Virus genome (UHGV): UHGV-0135757
Direction: 5' to 3' (one strand)
Source of the DNA: a virus
Length of the DNA: 10,798 nucleotides
The position numbers were made by a program, and so were the translations under genes. Each line of letters opens with the position of its first letter. Position 1 is the first letter of the stretch. The notes below the pieces were generated by a model. That model was not told where the DNA came from. It did no database searches and saw only the letters and a program-made list of their open reading frames with translations. This document shows positions 7,240 to 10,798 of the stretch, one piece after another.

Positions 7240-8170
7240 ATTAACCGGCTATGTATGGGATGGTTGCGCAGCGTCAGGCATGAAATTATCCAGTGTGGCA
7301 ATTATGGCCCGCCTGGCTGATTTCAGTAATGACGAAGGTGTGTGCTGGCCATCAATTAAAACCATTGCCCGTCAGATTGGCGCGGGGATGAGTACCGTCA
7401 GAACGGCTATCGCACGGCTGGAAGCAGAAGGCTGGTTAACGCGTAAGGCGCGTCGCCAGGGTAACCGCAATGCGTCGAATGTTTATCAGCTTAACGTTGC
7501 GAAGCTTCAGGCTGCGGCTTTTTCTCAACTGTCAGATTCTGACCCGTCAAAATCTGACGCATCAAAATCTGACCCGTCAAAATTTGATGCGTCGAAATCT
7601 GGCAAAAAAGCGGGTTTTCACCCGTCAGAATCTGGCGGGGATCCGTCAGTAAAATCAAAACATGATCCGTCAGATAAAAAAACTTCTCGTCCGGACGCTT
7701 CGCAACCGGACACGCAGAAGGCTGAACAGGATTTTTTAACTCGCCATCCTGATGCGGTTGTATTCAGCCCTAAAAAGCGCCAGTGGGGGACGCAGGATGA
7801 TTTGACCTGCGCACAGTGGCTCTGGAAAAAAATCATCGCCCTGTACGAGCAAGCCGCCGAATGTGACGGCGAGGTGGTTCGTCCCAAAGAACCGAACTGG
7901 ACAGCCTGGGCAAACGAAATTCGCCTGATGTGTGTGCAGGATGGTCGTACTCACAAACAAATCTGCGAGATGTACAGCCGCGTCAGCCGCGATCCGTTCT
8001 GGTGCCGTAACGTGCTCAGCCCGTCGAAGCTGCGGGAAAAATGGGATGAGCTTTCCCTGCGCTTATCGCCGTCCGTCAGCACGTACACCGAAAAACGCGA
8101 AGACCCGTACTTCAAAGCCAGTTACGACAACGTGGACTACAGCCAGATCCCGGCAGGATTCAGGGGGTGA
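7229..8170 (+). CDS. Replication initiation protein (lambda O-like organisation: N-terminal winged-helix DNA-binding domain, repeat-encoded linker, C-terminal domain)
   Basis: 313-aa ORF with GAGG upstream of ATG 7229. The N-terminal HTH (SVAIMARLADFSNDEGVCWPSIKTIARQIGAGMSTVRTAIARLEAEGWL) is typical of phage replication initiators. The linker is encoded by tandem DNA repeats. Position (after cII-like, before nin-like genes) matches lambdoid replication genes. Confidence 0.75.
   Translation: MSTKLTGYVWDGCAASGMKLSSVAIMARLADFSNDEGVCWPSIKTIARQIGAGMSTVRTAIARLEAEGWLTRKARRQGNRNASNVYQLNVAKLQAAAFSQLSDSDPSKSDASKSDPSKFDASKSGKKAGFHPSESGGDPSVKSKHDPSDKKTSRPDASQPDTQKAEQDFLTRHPDAVVFSPKKRQWGTQDDLTCAQWLWKKIIALYEQAAECDGEVVRPKEPNWTAWANEIRLMCVQDGRTHKQICEMYSRVSRDPFWCRNVLSPSKLREKWDELSLRLSPSVSTYTEKREDPYFKASYDNVDYSQIPAGFRG
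7529..7683. repeat. Iteron-like origin array inside the replication initiator gene, followed by an A-tract
   Basis: Seen directly: four tandem 15-bp units at about 7547-7606 (TCAAAATCTGACGCA / TCAAAATCTGACCCG / TCAAAATTTGATGCG / TCGAAATCTGGCAAA), further CCGTCAG cores at 7622, 7643 and 7667, then AAAAAAA at 7674-7682. The 15-bp period gives the peptide repeat SKSDA/SKSDP/SKFDA. By analogy to ori-lambda inside gene O. Confidence 0.6.
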
Positions 8171-8172
8171 TC

Positions 8173-8661
8173 ATGAGTCTTTTGAATGAAGTTCAGAAAT
8201 ACATTGAAGCCCATCCGGGGTGTACTTCCGGAGACATTGCGGATGCTTTTGCAGGTTACTCACGGCAGCGCGTTCTGCAGTCAGCAAGCAAGTTACGTCA
8301 GAGTGGGCGTGTGGCTCACCGTTGTGAAGGAGATACACGCAGACATTTCCCACGCCTGACTGAGAGAGCGCAGGAGCCGGAACCACAACCAGTTCGTGAA
8401 ACCAGACCTGTGCGCAATTTCTATGTCGGCACTAACGATCCCCGGGTGATTTTATGCCTGACCCGCCAGGCTGAAGAACTGGAGTCAAGGGGCTTATACC
8501 GTCGTGCTGCAACCGTGTGGATGGCGGCATTCCGTGAAAGCCACTCCCAGCCAGAACGAAACAATTTTCTGGCACGTCGTGAGCGGTGCTTACGGAAAAG
8601 CAGCAAGCGCGCTGCATCGGGTGAAGAGTGGTATCTGTCAGGGAATTTCGTGGGGGCTTAA
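8173..8661 (+). CDS. PerC-like transcriptional regulator with an N-terminal HTH-like extension
   Basis: ATG 8173 follows GGGGG with a 5-nt spacer, 2 nt after the replication gene stop; the track starts it at GTG 8167. The C-terminal segment AEELESRGLYRRAATVWMAAF resembles the PerC/Pch-family core as I recall it. Confidence 0.6.
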   Translation: MSLLNEVQKYIEAHPGCTSGDIADAFAGYSRQRVLQSASKLRQSGRVAHRCEGDTRRHFPRLTERAQEPEPQPVRETRPVRNFYVGTNDPRVILCLTRQAEELESRGLYRRAATVWMAAFRESHSQPERNNFLARRERCLRKSSKRAASGEEWYLSGNFVGA

Positions 8662-9314
8662 TGAGTAATAAATATTGCCAGGCGCTGGTGGAACTGCGGA
8701 ACAAACCAGCCCATGAACTGAAGGAAGTGGGCGATCAGTGGCGCACGCCGGATAACATTTTCTGGGGAATTAACACCCTGTTTGGCCCGTTTGTTCTGGA
8801 TCTGTTCACTGACGGTGATAACGCCAAATGTGCCGCGTATTACACGGCGGAAGACAACGCGCTGGCGCATGACTGGTCAGAACGTCTTGCGGAGCTTAAA
8901 GGTGCTGCCTTTGGTAATCCCCCATACAGTCGCGCCAGTCAGCATGAGGGGCAATACATCACCGGCATGCGTTACATCATGAAACATGCCAGTGCCATGC
9001 GTGATAAAGGCGGGCGCTATGTTTTCCTGATCAAAGCTGCCACCAGCGAAGTGTGGTGGCCGGAAGATGCAGATCATATTGCTTTTATTCGCGGGCGTAT
9101 TGGTTTTGAACTGCCTGCCTGGTTTATCCCGAAAGATGAGAAGCAGGTGCCGACAGGCGCTTTCTTCGCTGGTGCTATTGCTGTTTTCGACAAGACCTGG
9201 AAGGGACCGGCAATCAGCTACATCGGGCGCGATGAACTTGAGGCATGTGGTGAGGCCTTTCTGGCGCAGGTTCGCCAGCAGGCGGAAAAACTGGTCAGGG
9301 AGATGGCGGCATGA
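8661..9314 (+). CDS. Phage Dam-type DNA N6-adenine methyltransferase (orphan, no partner endonuclease visible)
   Basis: ATG 8661 overlaps the upstream stop (TAATG). Catalytic motif FGNPPYS is present. Size (~217 aa) and location are typical of nin-region phage Dam-family methyltransferases. Confidence 0.8.
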   Translation: MSNKYCQALVELRNKPAHELKEVGDQWRTPDNIFWGINTLFGPFVLDLFTDGDNAKCAAYYTAEDNALAHDWSERLAELKGAAFGNPPYSRASQHEGQYITGMRYIMKHASAMRDKGGRYVFLIKAATSEVWWPEDADHIAFIRGRIGFELPAWFIPKDEKQVPTGAFFAGAIAVFDKTWKGPAISYIGRDELEACGEAFLAQVRQQAEKLVREMAA

Positions 9315-9637
9315 CGACGTTAACTCAATGCCAGCAGCAGGTGCTGGATATGCTGATTTCTTATCAGAAAGAACGTGGTTTCCCGCCAACCAATCAGGAG
9401 GTGGCAACCATGCTGGGATACCGTTCAGTGAATGCAGCGGTGGAGCATCTTCGCGCACTGGAGAAAAAAGGTGTCATCACGATAAAGCGTGGCGTGGCCC
9501 GGGGGATAACGCTTCATACCGCGGTGAAGGACGACGACAGCGAGGCGGTCGGGATTATCCGCTCACTGCTTGCCGGTGAGGAAAACGCCAGGCTGCGTGC
9601 AGCCCACTGGTTACATGAGAGGGGCCTGAAAGTATGA
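9311..9637 (+). CDS. LexA N-terminal DNA-binding-domain-like protein lacking the S24 autocleavage domain
   Basis: 108-aa ORF; ATG 9311 overlaps the Dam stop as ATGA. Residues 4-66 (LTQCQQQVLDMLISYQKERGFPPTNQEVATMLGYRSVNAAVEHLRALEKKGVITIKRGVARGITL) align colinearly with the E. coli LexA winged-HTH domain, including the recognition helix (SVNAAVEHLRAL vs SPNAAEEHLKAL). The ~40-aa C-terminal tail has no Ala-Gly site, Ser or Lys dyad. Confidence 0.8.
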   Translation: MTTLTQCQQQVLDMLISYQKERGFPPTNQEVATMLGYRSVNAAVEHLRALEKKGVITIKRGVARGITLHTAVKDDDSEAVGIIRSLLAGEENARLRAAHWLHERGLKV

Positions 9638-10029
9638 AGCTGATCCTGCCTTTTCCGCCCAGCGTGAACACGTACTGGCGACACCCCAACAAAGGGGCGT
9701 TTGCAGGTAAGAGCCTGATAAGCGCGGCGGGGCGAAAATTCCAGAGCGCGGCGTGCGCAGCAATAGTTGAGCAGTTACGTCGTCTGCCGAAACCAACGTC
9801 GGCACCTGCTTCAGTGGAGATCGTGTTGTTTCCTCCGGATAACCGGATCCGCGATCTGGACAACTATAACAAGGCGCTGTTTGACGCCCTGACCCACGCG
9901 GGTGTGTGGGAAGACGACAGTCAGGTGAAAAGAATGCTGGTGGAGTGGGGACCGGTTATCCCGGAAGGGAAGGTTGAGATCACTATCAGTAAGTACGAAA
10001 AAGCGAGTTGCAAATTAGCAACTCGGTAA
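9634..10029 (+). CDS. rusA: RusA-type Holliday junction resolvase
   Basis: 131-aa ORF; ATG overlaps the upstream stop as ATGA. Conserved acidic core DLDNYNKALFDALTHAGVWEDDSQV matches the RusA catalytic region. Typical nin-region gene. Confidence 0.9.
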   Translation: MKLILPFPPSVNTYWRHPNKGAFAGKSLISAAGRKFQSAACAAIVEQLRRLPKPTSAPASVEIVLFPPDNRIRDLDNYNKALFDALTHAGVWEDDSQVKRMLVEWGPVIPEGKVEITISKYEKASCKLATR

Positions 10030-10074
10030 CGGAATTGAGCAACACCCTAAATTTGGGTATTACCTCGTTAAAGA

Positions 10075-10128
10075 TACTGTATTTATGAACAGTGTATCCT
10101 TGATAACTATTAAAAATCGCAGTAAGTT
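10075..10128 (+). promoter_or_regulatory. LexA (SOS) box adjacent to a candidate promoter upstream of the antirepressor-like gene
   Basis: Seen directly: TACTGTATTTATGAACAGTG (10075-10094) has CTGT-N8-ACAG intact and matches the consensus at 16 of 20 positions. Candidate promoter hexamers TTGATA (10100-10105), 17-bp spacer, TAAGTT (10123-10128); alternative -35 TGAACA inside the box. Confidence 0.55.
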
Positions 10129-10191
10129 CATCCTGCATCAACGAAAAGGGAGTGCAGTCCCGCTCGTGGATAAAAATTTGTGGAGAAACCA

Positions 10192-10798
10192 ATGAATCAG
10201 TTGCTTGTAATTGATGGCGTTTCTGTGCGCCAGTACTTCGAATCTAACTACTGTCTTAACGACCTTCAGAAAGCTGCTCTTCTTGCCGCTGGTGAGAATC
10301 GCTCCTCCCGTTCGCTGGAAGTTCACGAGTTTATGCGTCGTCCTGAAACGAAGGCTCTTGTGGAATTATTGGAAGAAGAAACTACGGGAGATTCCCGTAG
10401 TATTCCTGTCATCACCATTCAGGGGCGCAATGGTGGGACGTATGTCTGTAAAGAGCTGGTCTATGCATATGCAATGTGGATCAGCCCGGCATTCAGCTTA
10501 AAAGTGATACGTACTTTTGATGCGCTTCATAATTCATCACCAGAAGAAACCACATCCGACAAAATTAAATCCGGGGTCATTCTGCTTGAATCAGCAGCAA
10601 AGACTCTAAATCTGTCAAACTCCTCGAAACTTGGTGCATACCAGAAATTATCAAAGGTAGCTGGTCTTCCTGAACTTATGCCGATCTATGCCATTGATGC
10701 ACCTGCTGATGCGCCAGATGGTTCAAGCCGCCCTACGCTGTCGCTGAGTGCACTGCTGAAGCAGTATGGTATCCGCCTGACGGCTAATCAGGCATATC
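10192..10798 (+). CDS. KilA-N domain / antirepressor-like protein (Roi/Ant-like), 3'-truncated by the window end
   Basis: Open frame from ATG 10192 (GGAG 6 nt upstream) to the window end with no stop; absent from the ORF track for that reason. N-terminal region (IPVITIQGRNGGTYVCKELVYAYAMWISPAFSLKVIRTFDAL) has the KilA-N/Bro-N-type signature. It follows rusA, where lambdoid phages often carry roi/ant-type genes. Confidence 0.65.
   Translation, partial: MNQLLVIDGVSVRQYFESNYCLNDLQKAALLAAGENRSSRSLEVHEFMRRPETKALVELLEEETTGDSRSIPVITIQGRNGGTYVCKELVYAYAMWISPAFSLKVIRTFDALHNSSPEETTSDKIKSGVILLESAAKTLNLSNSSKLGAYQKLSKVAGLPELMPIYAIDAPADAPDGSSRPTLSLSALLKQYGIRLTANQAY

Noticed and set aside
7470-7652. 60-aa ORF with repeated QNLT peptide motif
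   Set aside because: An alternative-frame reading of the iteron repeats inside the replication gene; the periodicity comes from the DNA repeats, not a real protein.
8877-9579. Minus ORF 8877-9458 (193 aa) and plus ORF 9067-9579 (170 aa)
   Set aside because: Antisense or out of frame relative to the Dam-like and LexA-like genes, which have clear motifs and coupled starts; products are Pro/Arg/Gly-rich low-complexity.
1-10798. CRISPR array, IS element or transposase, toxin-antitoxin pair, restriction-modification or other dedicated defence operon
   Set aside because: No regularly spaced direct repeats with spacers, no terminal inverted repeats or transposase-like ORF, and no endonuclease partner for the methyltransferase. 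Gene content is explained by a lambdoid early/replication/nin region.

Overview
This 10.8-kb window reads as the early, immunity, replication and nin-like portion of a mosaic lambdoid prophage, probably from an enterobacterial (E. coli-like) host. All calls rest on reading the translations and DNA by eye; no database search or folding was run, so family assignments are from memory of motifs. Leftward (minus strand): tyrosine integrase, overlapping excisionase, an 813-aa protein with a RecE-like N-terminal region and a DnaQ-type DEDDh 3'-5' exonuclease C-terminus, two small coupled ORFs, a ~540-bp ORF-free structured leader, OL-like operators, a terminator, and a CI-type repressor (HTH + S24 peptidase). 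Rightward (plus strand): Cro-like HTH, a phage 186 CII-like regulator, a small gene with an apparent frameshift, an O-like replication initiator with an iteron array inside its coding sequence, a PerC-like regulator, a phage Dam-type methyltransferase, a ~108-aa protein matching only the LexA DNA-binding domain, RusA, and a 3'-truncated KilA-N/antirepressor-like gene. The most interesting candidate system is SOS-related: a near-consensus LexA box sits upstream of the antirepressor-like gene, a second even closer-to-consensus LexA box lies inside the repressor gene's linker-coding region, and the phage encodes a LexA DNA-binding-domain paralog with no cleavage domain. No tRNA, rRNA, CRISPR array or IS element was recognised.
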